Shown here piece by piece: positions 17,402-25,677 of a stretch of 46,134 nt of DNA. Position 1 is the first letter of the stretch; the number at the start of each line of letters is the position of its first letter. The stretch is from a virus (lineage: Duplodnaviria; Caudoviricetes). Where the stretch lies: IMG/VR virus record IMGVR_UViG_3300006046_000010, positions 1-46,134 of that record; one strand, written 5' to 3'. The position numbers were made by a program, and so were the translations under genes. The notes below the pieces were generated by a model that was not told the origin of the DNA, did no database searches, and worked only from the letters and a program-made list of their open reading frames with translations.

Positions 17402-17869
17402 ATGAGTCAACGCGCACATATCAACCAAACGCCCGAGACGCATCCTCACCTCTACAGAGAGGTCCAACACAGCGAGGTCGCTGCGGGGGATGTCTACAAG
17501 GGCACGAAGCTGGGCCGTCGCACTCGCACCTACAAGTGGTATGCGAATACCGAGGGCCAGAACTGCGTGGATAAGCATCGGCGGTATTTCCGTCCGAACA
17601 CGCCGATCCCGCAGTCTGCGCTCGGGCCGGTGCTGGCGAAGAAGCATCAGCGGTCCACCGAGGGTGCATCGCCGGCTCCATGCTCGGCCCCGTCCTCGGC
17701 TGCGTCCGAGGCCCCTCAGCACGCGCCGGGCGCCCCATGCGCCGCGGGTCCTATGGAGGAGGACGACGATGAGGCCATCGAGTTGTTCATGGTCTCGATC
17801 GCTGTCAGTAAGTCCGGCCTCCGTCGGGCAATGGCGATCCTCAATGGGGACGCCGACGCTAACGGCTAA
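17402..17869 (+). CDS. Hypothetical protein, N-terminal QTP..HPHL domain (paralog A)
   Basis: ATG after A-rich AGAAAG leader; N-domain aligns with 17939..18220; Pro/Ala linker and acidic C-terminal domain. Confidence 0.8.
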   Translation: MSQRAHINQTPETHPHLYREVQHSEVAAGDVYKGTKLGRRTRTYKWYANTEGQNCVDKHRRYFRPNTPIPQSALGPVLAKKHQRSTEGASPAPCSAPSSAASEAPQHAPGAPCAAGPMEEDDDEAIELFMVSIAVSKSGLRRAMAILNGDADANG

Positions 17870-17875
17870 GAGCAA

Positions 17876-17928
17876 TTCGCTCTAACCTGCCACCGGGGAG
17901 CCTGCGTCCCCGGTGGTAACGGAGCGGA
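17876..17928 (+). promoter_or_regulatory. Intergenic long stem with internal loop (RNA processing/terminator candidate)
   Basis: TGCCACCGGGGA/TCCCCGGTGGTA (17888-17918) on an outer stem TTCGCTCT/GGAGCGGA. Confidence 0.55.
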
Positions 17929-17938
17929 AATTATAGCC

Positions 17939-18220
17939 ATGGGCGTTGAGATACTACTGCGGCAAACGCCGCTCAGTCATCCTCACCTCTTCACGATCGT
18001 TCCTTTCAAGAGCGTTCGGAGAGGTGATGTCTTCCAGGGAAGATCAGACGGGTCGAAGTGGTTTGAGAACACTGACCCGAGTCACAAGCAAAGCAGGCAC
18101 ACCTACTGGCGCAAGAAGGCGACCGTCAGCAAGAAGCCTGTGAAGAAGAAGCCTGCGCCTAAGAAGAAGCCGGTCAAGAAAAAGCCGGTGGCGCGTAAGG
18201 CGACGAAGAGGCGTCGCTAG
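17939..18220 (+). CDS. Hypothetical protein, QTP..HPHL domain plus histone-H1-like Lys-rich tail (paralog B)
   Basis: 93 aa; KKPVKKKPAPKKKPVKKKPVARKATKRRR tail. Confidence 0.85.
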   Translation: MGVEILLRQTPLSHPHLFTIVPFKSVRRGDVFQGRSDGSKWFENTDPSHKQSRHTYWRKKATVSKKPVKKKPAPKKKPVKKKPVARKATKRRR

Positions 18221-18266
18221 TTCCAATCTGCCGATCGGGTCCAAACCCCGGTCGGCAGTCATGGGA
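18221..18266 (+). promoter_or_regulatory. Intergenic long stem with internal loop, similar to 17876..17928
   Basis: CTGCCGATCGGG/CCCGGTCGGCAG (18228-18258) on an outer stem TTCCA/TGGGA. Confidence 0.55.
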
Positions 18267-18335
18267 GTAGATACGCCCAGGGGTAAACAATCCGCGAGAA
18301 AGCCCCTCTCGCACCAATAGAAAGAAAATAAAACT

Positions 18336-18518
18336 ATGGCTATTCACACGCCTAAAAACAAGCTCAGCAAACACGCACACAAGGCCATTCGCAATGGTCG
18401 GCGCCGCGATGCCAAGTCGGATCGTCGCGCTCTTCAGCGGGCTCTCAACGGCCTCAAGCGGGTCATGGGTGACCTGACCGAGAACATCGAGAGCATCCTC
18501 GAAGAGGGGGCTCGGTAA
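18336..18518 (+). CDS. Small basic helical protein
   Basis: 60 aa; AGAAAG A-rich leader. Confidence 0.75.
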   Translation: MAIHTPKNKLSKHAHKAIRNGRRRDAKSDRRALQRALNGLKRVMGDLTENIESILEEGAR

Positions 18519-18519
18519 T

Positions 18520-18933
18520 ATGGAAACCATTACCTTCTCAGGGCAGCGAGTGAAGTGTCAGCGAGACGAAATTGGTATTCTTCCAAACGGAGACAAGGTG
18601 GTCGTGGCGACAGATTCCGCCGGATCGCAAATCATTGTTTCCGGGGAAGAGACGCACTTGCTCAGCAGGGCGTTCAAGGATCACGAGGCGGCCTGTGACG
18701 CAGCTAAGCGCGTCATGGTTGCAGGAAATCCCGAGGAGGCGTTCGGCTGCGGCTGGACCAACTTGCGGACTGCTGGCCTCGGGGAGTCGCTGTTTGCTGC
18801 ATTCATGGGGGCATTCGTGCCACCTAACAAAGGCAAGACTTCGCCCGATCGGGGGCCGTCGGCCATCTATCAACACCTGTTTCCCGACGATCCAGATGGA
18901 ACGGGTGAAACTCAAACAACAGAAAGGAAATAA
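18520..18933 (+). CDS. Hypothetical protein
   Basis: 137 aa; GAGGGGG SD; abuts the previous gene. Confidence 0.7.
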   Translation: METITFSGQRVKCQRDEIGILPNGDKVVVATDSAGSQIIVSGEETHLLSRAFKDHEAACDAAKRVMVAGNPEEAFGCGWTNLRTAGLGESLFAAFMGAFVPPNKGKTSPDRGPSAIYQHLFPDDPDGTGETQTTERK

Positions 18934-18937
18934 TTCA

Positions 18938-19396
18938 ATGACACGAATAGATAAAATTGTCCGACTCGTGGCGGTCGGTTTCAGCGCCACACGATTGGGG
19001 GAGTCCTCAAATGAGGACCTTGAGAAAACATACATCGCCGCGGGTCCGCTTATGGAAGCCCAGGACACGGAGGTAGCGAAGGTCTTGTCCCAGGAGAAGA
19101 CCAACTCGAAGCGGTTGAAAGCGGAGATCACTGGTCGCGTGCGCGACGAGCATCTCCAGAAGAGGTGGAACGCCAGGTGGAAGCCGCTTCCACCGATCTG
19201 CACGGTAGGTGCGGACGTGGACGGATACATGACGGCCATCCGTGGCTACAAGAGGGTCTACGAGGATAACGTCGCCCTGTTCAGGGCGTCCGGCCATCGG
19301 CGCTTCGCTGATGCCGCCAACAAGGCCAAGAAGTCCATGCAGCACCTTCAGGGGCAACTCTTGCACCTGTCGGAAAAGGCGGGAGGTGCCTCTTGA
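18938..19396 (+). CDS. Hypothetical helical protein (MTRIDKIV...)
   Basis: ATG after GAAAGGA SD; C-terminal part of track ORF 18572..19396. Confidence 0.75.
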   Translation: MTRIDKIVRLVAVGFSATRLGESSNEDLEKTYIAAGPLMEAQDTEVAKVLSQEKTNSKRLKAEITGRVRDEHLQKRWNARWKPLPPICTVGADVDGYMTAIRGYKRVYEDNVALFRASGHRRFADAANKAKKSMQHLQGQLLHLSEKAGGAS

Positions 19397-19803
19397 TAAC
19401 GCGAGCGGAATCGGCCGGCGGGCTCATGGTCAGGATCGCCTACTTCGGGGACACTGAACCGAACGTGGTGGTCCTGGAGCCGCCCGGCGAGCCTACGATC
19501 GACATCGAGTTCGTAGACGGGGAGGAGGAGAGGTGGCTCCTCATGGAGCATAAGGGTATCAGGATCTACCACACCACGAGGCATCAGGACATGTTCTCGG
19601 ACTACTACTACTCCACAGAGCGAGGAAGGGACTCCGACGACAGTGAGCCAGAGGTGTTCGACGTGTCGGATCTCGCTCCTATCCCTGTCGAGGAGGCCGG
19701 TAACTATGCCGACCTGTTCCCCGATAACGACGATAAACGGTTGATCGCCTACGCGATCGACCAAGGAAAAATAGATGAGGGCGGACTCGTTGATGAGTCC
19801 TGA
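19393..19803 (+). CDS. Acidic hypothetical protein
   Basis: TTG start after GGAGGT, overlapping the previous stop. Confidence 0.75.
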   Translation: MITRAESAGGLMVRIAYFGDTEPNVVVLEPPGEPTIDIEFVDGEEERWLLMEHKGIRIYHTTRHQDMFSDYYYSTERGRDSDDSEPEVFDVSDLAPIPVEEAGNYADLFPDNDDKRLIAYAIDQGKIDEGGLVDES

Positions 19804-19841
19804 CCTCAAATCAACAACAACACTGAAAGGAAAAAACACAC

Positions 19842-21098
19842 ATGAAGTTTCATGGAGACATACACATATCGGATAGCATGTGGCGGATGCTGATCTTGCG
19901 CAGGCATGACTCAGACTGCCTCAAGCTGCTCGTGGGAGGGCTGGAGCGACTCCAGTCCAACCTGCACGTAACTGGTTACGAGCCGGGCAGTGACCGCACT
20001 CGAACCCAGCTTCAGCGCTACACAGGGGTAGGCAGGTTGGTGCCGGTGATGAGCCGGGTCATCAATAGCGCAATGCCGGGGAATTACTTCTCCTTCCGCG
20101 AGAAGGAGGGGATGATTTCCTACATGCCAAAGGGCAAGGCGCAACAGATCGTCGAGGGCGGCGTCTGGAGCAGGAAGGGGCGTCAGTCGATGAAGCCGGC
20201 CAGGTGGATTAAGATGATGCTTAATCCGCGACTGGCGAGGCGGATCAAGGACAACGTGTTCGCCGAGTTCAACGATGTAGTTAAACACGAGGAGTTGAAG
20301 GGCAAGCTGGAGTTCAAGCTGGTTGGAGTGCAAGAGGGTTACACCTCTGCTTACTTCAAACAGCCCATTAGCTCCTGCATGTGGGAGAATGATGTCGCCC
20401 CGTTCTACGAGGCGTTCGGATGCGAGGTCCTTGTAGCGACCAGTGCAGACTACACTGGATACGTTGGGAGGGCCTTGGTTTGGCCTGACGTGACGTTCGA
20501 CGGCAAGCCGGAGAAGCACATATTTATGGACAGGATTTATGTGTGGAACAACAGTCCTGAACTCACCCTCGCCTTCAGGGAGCATGCCCTGATGAAAGGG
20601 TGGTGGACGAAGCGGAATCAATCCAAGGAGGTCGCTGAGTTCATCGATCCGAATGGGGAGATTCAGTCTCACGCCAAGGTGACATCCGAGACGACGAAGG
20701 ATCTGACGCAAATACGCTTCTTTCCGTATTGTGACACGATGGCCTTTGGGGGTGACACTTGGGTATCCAACGACGGCAATACGCCCGGCAAGAAGTTCTC
20801 CTACCGCTACACTGGCGGCCAAAGGAGTGACAGGCAGGAAGGCATGGTCCAGGACGTTACTGGTGTCTGGATTCCTCGGGAGACTGCGGTGCAGATCGCA
20901 GGTTACTGGTATCGTCCAGATAGCGCCCTGATTACGAGGTGCGCTATCGGGGGCAACTTCGTTATCAAGGCTCGCTGCATCTGGGTCAACTACATTGACC
21001 GTGATCACCCGGAGGGGCTGTATATTAGCATCTCCCGAATCAGGGCCGGCGGCCCGCGCGGCATGAGTGGCGGTGATATCATTCGGAGGTGGTGGTAA
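19842..21098 (+). CDS. Conserved phage protein with SCM / GRALVW / MDRIY / PYxDT motifs (possible GNAT-like/PcfJ-like enzyme)
   Basis: 418 aa; GAAAGGA SD; motif set recalled from phage proteins adjacent to M28 peptidases; fold assignment tentative. Confidence 0.6.
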   Translation: MKFHGDIHISDSMWRMLILRRHDSDCLKLLVGGLERLQSNLHVTGYEPGSDRTRTQLQRYTGVGRLVPVMSRVINSAMPGNYFSFREKEGMISYMPKGKAQQIVEGGVWSRKGRQSMKPARWIKMMLNPRLARRIKDNVFAEFNDVVKHEELKGKLEFKLVGVQEGYTSAYFKQPISSCMWENDVAPFYEAFGCEVLVATSADYTGYVGRALVWPDVTFDGKPEKHIFMDRIYVWNNSPELTLAFREHALMKGWWTKRNQSKEVAEFIDPNGEIQSHAKVTSETTKDLTQIRFFPYCDTMAFGGDTWVSNDGNTPGKKFSYRYTGGQRSDRQEGMVQDVTGVWIPRETAVQIAGYWYRPDSALITRCAIGGNFVIKARCIWVNYIDRDHPEGLYISISRIRAGGPRGMSGGDIIRRWW

Positions 21099-22306
21099 TG
21101 GAGGGCATGGATGAGCTGTTGAAGCTCCTGGCTGTCCCCACTCACACTGGTCATACCGAGGCGATGTATGAGTTCCTTCGCGTGATTGGAACTCAGCGTG
21201 GCTGGAAGTTGTATTACGACGAGAAGTGGAACCTCTACGCTGTCAAAGGCGAGGGAGATGTCGCCACCTATCCGTGCGTAGTGGCCCACATGGACACGGT
21301 GCATCACATCGAGAAGGAGGGCAGCATTATGCCCCTCGTTATCGATGGCAATATTATCGGGTTTAACCCCGCTAAGATGCAACTGACGGGGATAGGAGGG
21401 GACGATAAGTGTGGTATCTGGGCAGCCATTTACTGCATGGATCGGCTGCCTGCCTGCAAGGCCGTGTTCTTCGTTGACGAGGAGCGCGGGTGTCAGGGCT
21501 CGGGGAATTGCACTATGGGGTTCTTTGCGGACTGCCGTTACATTCTCCAGGCTGACCGCAGGGGTAACGCTGACTTCGTGACCGACATCTGGGGTAAACT
21601 GTCATCCAAGGAGTTCCTGGATGCCGTGGACCCAGTGTTGGTGAAGTGGGGTTACAAGCACTCCGATGGGGCGATGACTGATGTCAGGGAGCTTCGCGAC
21701 AAAGGTGTCGGGATCTCAGTCGCCAACATGAGCGCGGGTTACTACCGCCCTCACAGTGATGGCGAGTTCATCAACATCAAGGACCTGGAGGAGTGCTGCG
21801 GGATGATGCTGGAGATCTTCGAGAAGGTGACGGATGTCTATCCGTTCGTCTACCAGAAGTGGTCTCCGCCGGCACCTGCGGCAACCAAGTCGTCCGGCAA
21901 GGGCCATTCCGTTCAGTCGTCATTCCCGGATTACGAACCGGAGGGTGGCGGTGGAGGGTTTGGTGGACTTGTCCGGTGTGACTACTGCGCCACGCTCACT
22001 CTCGTAAGGGAGCTGATTGAGGGTAGCGACGGAGTGGCTCCGTTCGTCTGCCTCGATTGCGCTCTCCACAAGGAGGAGCACGGGACCTATCCCAAGCTGG
22101 GCCTGAGGGACTTCTGGAGCCGTCTCAGTGGCGGTAAAACCAACGGTATGTCCCGAAAGGAGAAGCGTCGAGCAAAGAAGCGCTTCTACAGCATTAGGCG
22201 TAACGGCAAAGGCAAGGAGGAGGTGGTGGTCACTCACGGTGGTCCGCCTGGCTCGCCGGCTGCTGTCGTTGCGAAGGATGACAAGGACGATGAGGTCCCG
22301 TTCTGA
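21098..22306 (+). CDS. M20/M28-family Zn-dependent peptidase/hydrolase
   Basis: VAHMDTVH, GGDDKCG, DEERGCQGS, QADRRG, GYYRPH metal-ligand motifs; C-terminal CxxC..CxxC and DDEVPF tail; GGAGGT SD; TAATG overlap. Confidence 0.9.
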   Translation: MEGMDELLKLLAVPTHTGHTEAMYEFLRVIGTQRGWKLYYDEKWNLYAVKGEGDVATYPCVVAHMDTVHHIEKEGSIMPLVIDGNIIGFNPAKMQLTGIGGDDKCGIWAAIYCMDRLPACKAVFFVDEERGCQGSGNCTMGFFADCRYILQADRRGNADFVTDIWGKLSSKEFLDAVDPVLVKWGYKHSDGAMTDVRELRDKGVGISVANMSAGYYRPHSDGEFINIKDLEECCGMMLEIFEKVTDVYPFVYQKWSPPAPAATKSSGKGHSVQSSFPDYEPEGGGGGFGGLVRCDYCATLTLVRELIEGSDGVAPFVCLDCALHKEEHGTYPKLGLRDFWSRLSGGKTNGMSRKEKRRAKKRFYSIRRNGKGKEEVVVTHGGPPGSPAAVVAKDDKDDEVPF

Positions 22307-22315
22307 AACAACAAT

Positions 22316-22474
22316 ATGGGTAAAAACACAAAGGACCAAATACTGAAGGTGCTGGAGATCGTCGCTGAGGTATGCGGCGCTCTCCTTCTACTACTGCCCC
22401 TCGTCCACCTCCGACAACAAAGTCGGAGGGGGAGGGGGCGGAGAAAATCAACAACAAAGAAAGGAAGAAAATGA
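22316..22474 (+). CDS. 52-aa peptide with hydrophobic helix and basic tail (not in ORF track)
   Basis: MGKNTKDQILKVLEIVAEVCGALLLLLPLVHLRQQSRRGRGRRKSTTKKGRK; stop overlaps the next ATG (ATGA). Confidence 0.6.
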   Translation: MGKNTKDQILKVLEIVAEVCGALLLLLPLVHLRQQSRRGRGRRKSTTKKGRK

Positions 22475-22590
22475 ACCTACTGGCTCACGTAACCGAGCAC
22501 GTTCACATCCACGGCGAAGATCTTATCTCGTTCGTGATTGTGGCGCTGCTGCTGACATTCTTCTCGCTTATGGCGAGCAAGAGGAAGTGA
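22471..22590 (+). CDS. 39-aa single-TM peptide
   Basis: MNLLAHV...FVIVALLLTFFSLMASKRK; GAAAGGA SD. Confidence 0.65.
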   Translation: MNLLAHVTEHVHIHGEDLISFVIVALLLTFFSLMASKRK

Positions 22591-22591
22591 T

Positions 22592-22825
22592 ATGGCGCTT
22601 CGCCAATTCAACTTCGACGAAGACGATCCCGCCAAGGCCAACAAGGCGCTGATGGCAGCGCTGAAGGCCAAGGAGGAAAAGCTTGAGCGCCAGAGGCTCA
22701 AGCTGATCGCCGACGAGAAACGGTGGCTCCGCAAGAAGCGGCTCGCTACCACCAAACTGAAAAACATAACTGCTGCCAAAAGGCGGCTGCGGGCGCGGAT
22801 GCGCTCGCTCAAGAAAGGAACATAA
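22592..22825 (+). CDS. Basic coiled-coil protein
   Basis: 77 aa; GAGGA SD. Confidence 0.75.
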   Translation: MALRQFNFDEDDPAKANKALMAALKAKEEKLERQRLKLIADEKRWLRKKRLATTKLKNITAAKRRLRARMRSLKKGT

Positions 22826-22829
22826 AACA

Positions 22830-23078
22830 ATGACGCGAATACTAATACGGATGCGGATAAAGGCTGTTTGTCGCTGGCTGACCACAGGGGCCACCACGGC
22901 GATCTACAGAGTGGAGGTGGTGGAGAAGGTGGCGGTGTTCAACGGGAAGGCTCGATATACGATCAGGAGGACGGGATGGTGGAGCAAGCATGACTTCTCC
23001 ATGATTCTGCCTGACGATCTCTTCGATCTCGGGTTCACCTGCATCTCAACGACAGAGACAAGGGTGGTGACGAAGTGA
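22830..23078 (+). CDS. Hypothetical protein
   Basis: 82 aa; AAAGGA SD. Confidence 0.7.
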   Translation: MTRILIRMRIKAVCRWLTTGATTAIYRVEVVEKVAVFNGKARYTIRRTGWWSKHDFSMILPDDLFDLGFTCISTTETRVVTK

Positions 23079-23287
23079 ACCAATTCTGGATAGTTGGAAA
23101 ATCACTTGGGGAGACTGATCGCTGGGAGTTCCAGGGCCTCTTCGACGATAGGGAATTAGCTAAGTCGGCCTGCGTTGGGGATAACTACTTCATCGCTCCA
23201 GTATCCCTCAATGAAGCCATTGGGGACGAGACGAGTGATTGGCCTGGACTTACCTACAAAGGTCGAGATGGATGGGAGGTAAAATGA
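23075..23287 (+). CDS. Small phage hypothetical protein
   Basis: 70 aa; WEFQGLF..A...C motif; GTGA and ATGA-type overlaps on both sides. Confidence 0.7.
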   Translation: MNQFWIVGKSLGETDRWEFQGLFDDRELAKSACVGDNYFIAPVSLNEAIGDETSDWPGLTYKGRDGWEVK

Positions 23288-24786
23288 AATACCTCGATCA
23301 ATTCCGGGCCGCGCGGAGATCCGCGGCGCCGATCGTTGTCATACGAACGGCCGACTACGCCTCGGTCATCGAGGAAATCTCTGCGTTCTACAAAGGGAAG
23401 GAGGTGCCCATCCTCCAATGGGACCTCGCTCGTGGAATTAAGGGAGCGAACGATCTCGGGGCTCAGGCAGCCCTGGACTTGAACGCCAACGACCAAGGGC
23501 AGCCTGCAGCGATCATCACCGGCAATCCAGTGGAGGCGCTGCAGAAGGCGCTTCCGGGTCTGCCCACTCAGTCAATCCTCTTCATGATGAACACTCAGAT
23601 CATCCTGGAGTCGAAAGACTGGAACAGGCTGGGGGTCATTCAAGGCATCTGGAACTGCCGGGATGAGTTCAAGAAGAGTAAGCGGACGCTGGTCCTGCTG
23701 GTGCCGGACATGAAGGTGCCGCCTGAGTTGAGTAACGATGTGATTACTATCGACGTGCCCCTGCCTGACAGGGAAGCGTTGTGGAAGCTCACCATCGCAC
23801 AATTCAAGGCGGCCGGCCTGGAGGCGCCGAAGGATGACGTGATTGAGAAGGCGGTTCACGCCACGCTCGGTCTGTCCCTGTTCCTGGCTGAGAACGCGAT
23901 AGCAATGTCGCTCAGTCGGGAGGGGCTGGACATCGATAACCTGTGGCACATCAAACGCAGCGTTGTCCGGCAAACGTCCGGTCTGTCGGTGGCTGAGAAT
24001 AACACTCTCACCTTCGATCAGATTGGCGGGCTGGAGCCAGTGAAGGAGTTCTGCCGGTTTGAGAAGCCGTCCCTTACCGTCCTGATCGACGAGTTCGGGG
24101 ATCAGTTGGCTGGCAGGAACGACAGCAATGGGCTCAACGCTGACGCTCAGGCTACGTTCCTGCAGTCCATGGAAGATAACGGATGGGAGGGCATGATCCT
24201 GCATGGTGTGGCCGGGACGGGTAAGACCGAGATCGGCAAAGCGATGGGTAACGAGTCCGGCGGGCTCTTCATTAAATTCGACATGGGATCGATGAAGGGC
24301 AGTCTTGTGAGCGAGAGCGAGCGCAAGATCCGTGCGGCCGTGAACATCCTATACGCGATGGGAGGGAGGGAGGTGTTCTTCATTGGGACCACGAACTCCC
24401 TGGCTAACATCACCCCGCAGATGATGAGGCGGTTTACCGTCATCTTCTTCTTCGACCTGCTCGACAGGGCATCCCAGGATAAAATCTGGGCGCTCAAACT
24501 GAAGCAATACGGCCTGCCAGATCAGCCGTTGCCGAAGTATGACGGGTGGACCGGGGCGGAGATCAACAAGTGCTGCCGCCTGGCCGCCAAATGGAAGACG
24601 ACTCTTCTGAAGGCGTCCAAGTTCATTACCCCCGTAGTGAAGGCGATGGGAGACGATCTGAACAAGATGCGGAAGGAGGCTCACGGGAAATACCTCTCCG
24701 CGTCACGGTCGGGCTTCTACGACATGAGTGACGGCATGACGGAGAGCGCGATCAATGAGATCAGGCAAATAACCATGGAGGATTAA
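23284..24786 (+). CDS. Ycf46-like AAA+ ATPase with internally permuted ATPase domain
   Basis: Ycf46-type N-domain (WD..GI, PPEL...DVPLP); IGGL, VLIDE, GVAGTGKT, ESE, IGTTN, RRF, FFDL, GWTGAEI; GGAGGT SD. Confidence 0.9.
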   Translation: MKYLDQFRAARRSAAPIVVIRTADYASVIEEISAFYKGKEVPILQWDLARGIKGANDLGAQAALDLNANDQGQPAAIITGNPVEALQKALPGLPTQSILFMMNTQIILESKDWNRLGVIQGIWNCRDEFKKSKRTLVLLVPDMKVPPELSNDVITIDVPLPDREALWKLTIAQFKAAGLEAPKDDVIEKAVHATLGLSLFLAENAIAMSLSREGLDIDNLWHIKRSVVRQTSGLSVAENNTLTFDQIGGLEPVKEFCRFEKPSLTVLIDEFGDQLAGRNDSNGLNADAQATFLQSMEDNGWEGMILHGVAGTGKTEIGKAMGNESGGLFIKFDMGSMKGSLVSESERKIRAAVNILYAMGGREVFFIGTTNSLANITPQMMRRFTVIFFFDLLDRASQDKIWALKLKQYGLPDQPLPKYDGWTGAEINKCCRLAAKWKTTLLKASKFITPVVKAMGDDLNKMRKEAHGKYLSASRSGFYDMSDGMTESAINEIRQITMED

Positions 24787-24789
24787 AAA

Positions 24790-25119
24790 ATGCCTTGCGA
24801 CCAAATACAAAGATCGACAGTGCAGTCAGAGCTGAAGAACGTGGACTTCAAGCTGCTCAAGAAGGCCCTGTTGGCGATGGGGTTCACGGTCAACGAGAAG
24901 GCTGGGGGATACCTCACCTTCTACGGGGTCCACAAATCCACAGGGAAATACCACACTGGCACTTACCAGAATGGGAAGATGTCGGAGCAGGTTACGGGGC
25001 AGGCACAGCCCTTGGAGGTCAACGCCGTGAAGCGTAGCTACGCGGCCCAGATCGTGCAGGCGGGTTTCCCTGGGTGGAAGCTCGAACATACAGGCTCTCA
25101 CCAGGAGGTGAAATCATGA
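24790..25119 (+). CDS. DUF1257/Ycf35-like protein
   Basis: LLKKALLAMGF and ..SYA..V motifs; usual position after a Ycf46-like AAA. Confidence 0.65.
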   Translation: MPCDQIQRSTVQSELKNVDFKLLKKALLAMGFTVNEKAGGYLTFYGVHKSTGKYHTGTYQNGKMSEQVTGQAQPLEVNAVKRSYAAQIVQAGFPGWKLEHTGSHQEVKS

Positions 25120-25349
25120 TTGAAACCTACAAGCTAACAAAGGGCTCGGACGTGATTAACATCACCATCCTTAACGATGGGACCATCAAGACCGAGACAG
25201 ACAAGATCAGCGCTCCGAATCATTCGAGCGCTGAAGCGTTCCTGGCATGGATTGCCAAGAAGGCAGGCGGAGACACGACGCGAGTAGCTCGTGGAGCCGC
25301 TGCACATCATCAACATCAACACGAAACTGGGGAAGCCCACCAACACTAG
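25116..25349 (+). CDS. DUF2997-like small protein with His-rich tail
   Basis: I.I.I..DGTI..E motif; HHQHQH tail; AGGAGGTG SD; ATGA overlap. Confidence 0.65.
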   Translation: MIETYKLTKGSDVINITILNDGTIKTETDKISAPNHSSAEAFLAWIAKKAGGDTTRVARGAAAHHQHQHETGEAHQH

Positions 25350-25362
25350 AAAGTAAAACTAT

Positions 25363-25677
25363 ATGACCAAACACACATTGACTCACGAGCAGGTAATCGT
25401 CCTGTCTCAAAAGATGATCGCCAACAAGGCTCAGATTGAAGCCAAGCTGGCAAAGGGGGCCTCTATGGTAGACCTCGCGGCCATCTACAAGATTCCAATC
25501 ACGAGCTTTAAGCGTATCGCAAAGGCGTGCGGTATTGAGCTGCCGTTGAGAGAATCGACCAGGAAGGCTTCCAGCCTGCTCTTCAAGGACATCCTGGTAG
25601 TTCTGGAAAGGGTGGCTAAGGCGGGCGACATCCCTTACGACGAGATCAAGCCTTATCTGCAGGAGGGTGGAGAGTGA
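25363..25677 (+). CDS. Possible HTH DNA-binding protein
   Basis: 104 aa; GASMVDLAAIYKIPITSFKRIA resembles a helix-turn-helix. Confidence 0.55.
   Translation: MTKHTLTHEQVIVLSQKMIANKAQIEAKLAKGASMVDLAAIYKIPITSFKRIAKACGIELPLRESTRKASSLLFKDILVVLERVAKAGDIPYDEIKPYLQEGGE

Noticed and set aside
19911-21008. Long antisense ORFs (also 23572..24204, 42522..43229, 43314..44348 and many others)
   Set aside because: Shadows of real genes caused by GC-rich codon bias; no motifs or RBS
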